DNA of 44,377 nt from Archaeoglobaceae archaeon (GTDB lineage: Archaea > Halobacteriota > Archaeoglobi > Archaeoglobales > Archaeoglobaceae): positions 1 through 44,377 of the forward strand of contig JAWAQR010000010.1 of the NCBI GenBank assembly GCA_038893835.1, in the 5' to 3' direction. The notes beneath the pieces were generated by a model. The model had not been told where the DNA came from. It saw only the letters and a program-made list of their open reading frames with translations, and did not search any database. Position numbers and translations under genes: made by a program. Shown in pieces: positions 43,862 to 44,377 of this stretch (its first letter is position 1; every line of letters starts with the position of its first letter).

Positions 43862-44377
43862 CTTTCAATTCTCTTTTTGAGATTCTTGTATGGCAATATT
43901 GATGTTGAGCTGGTTAGATGTTTGTATCTTTCAATTCTCTTTTTGAGATTCCTTGTTTGTGAACCCGCTAATCCACCTGAAACATTAATCGACTTTCAAT
44001 TCTCTTTTTGAGATTCAAAGCAATTGAGCAAGGGGAAGAAGTAGAAATGGAGGAGTCTTTCAATTCTCTTTTTGAGATTCCGAGTGGATGGGGAACAATG
44101 GCGGATATGTTGAGGGATCTTTCAATTCTCTTTTTGAGATTCTTGAAAAATATGATGTTGAGGGTACGGGTCATATTGATGTTGTTCTTTCAATTCTCTT
44201 TTTGAGATTCGCAAGCCCTGTTTGCCCTGTATAAATAGTAGAGGATACTGCTTTCAATTCTCTTTTTGAGATTCCTTGTTTGTGAACCCGCTAATCCACC
44301 TGAAACATTAATCGACTTTCAATTCTCTTTTTGAGATTCAAAGCAATTGAGCAAGGGGAAGAAGTAGAAATGGAGGA
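43862..44377 (-). CRISPR. CRISPR array, 24-nt repeat GAATCTCAAAAAGAGAATTGAAAG, 8 repeats visible, continues past window end
   Basis: Identical CTTTCAATTCTCTTTTTGAGATTC at 43862, 43928, 43993, 44057, 44119, 44187, 44251, 44316; spacers 38-44 nt; ATTGAAAG 3' handle gives minus orientation. Confidence 0.98.

Noticed and set aside
43805-44205. ORFs 43805-44011, 43968-44174, 44008-44205
   Set aside because: Translations of CRISPR repeats and spacers.

Overview
Archaeal chromosomal window, most likely from a member of the Archaeoglobaceae (inferred from gene content, an Afu-46-like H/ACA RNA and pst-arsC synteny). The first ~26 kb are intact housekeeping genes: Mrp/Mnh subunits, Rio2, hemL-hemC-cobA, tRNA-Leu/tRNA-Asn, R15P isomerase, thiI, acyl-CoA dehydrogenase, non-discriminating AspRS, a type IV pilus ATPase/TadC pair and tldD/tldE. 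From ~26.5 kb the region is a mosaic accessory segment. It holds decayed copies of tgt, radA, glnA and a PP-loop ATPase around an intact pstSCAB-phoU-arsC cluster, and ends in a CRISPR array with a 24-nt repeat that truncates a gene. The most interesting element lies at 28.9-33.4 kb. Three copies of a ~100-bp promoter module are present, two followed by a near-identical RBS and signal peptide. They drive unrelated secreted payloads (a 12-Cys halocin-C8-like precursor and a Zn-dependent phospholipase C/P1-nuclease-like enzyme), each coupled to a small membrane protein. An orphan pro-region fragment and a RelE-type TA pair sit in the same block. I infer this is a modular archaeal polymorphic toxin-immunity cassette system. 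All family calls come from motif recognition; no searches were run.
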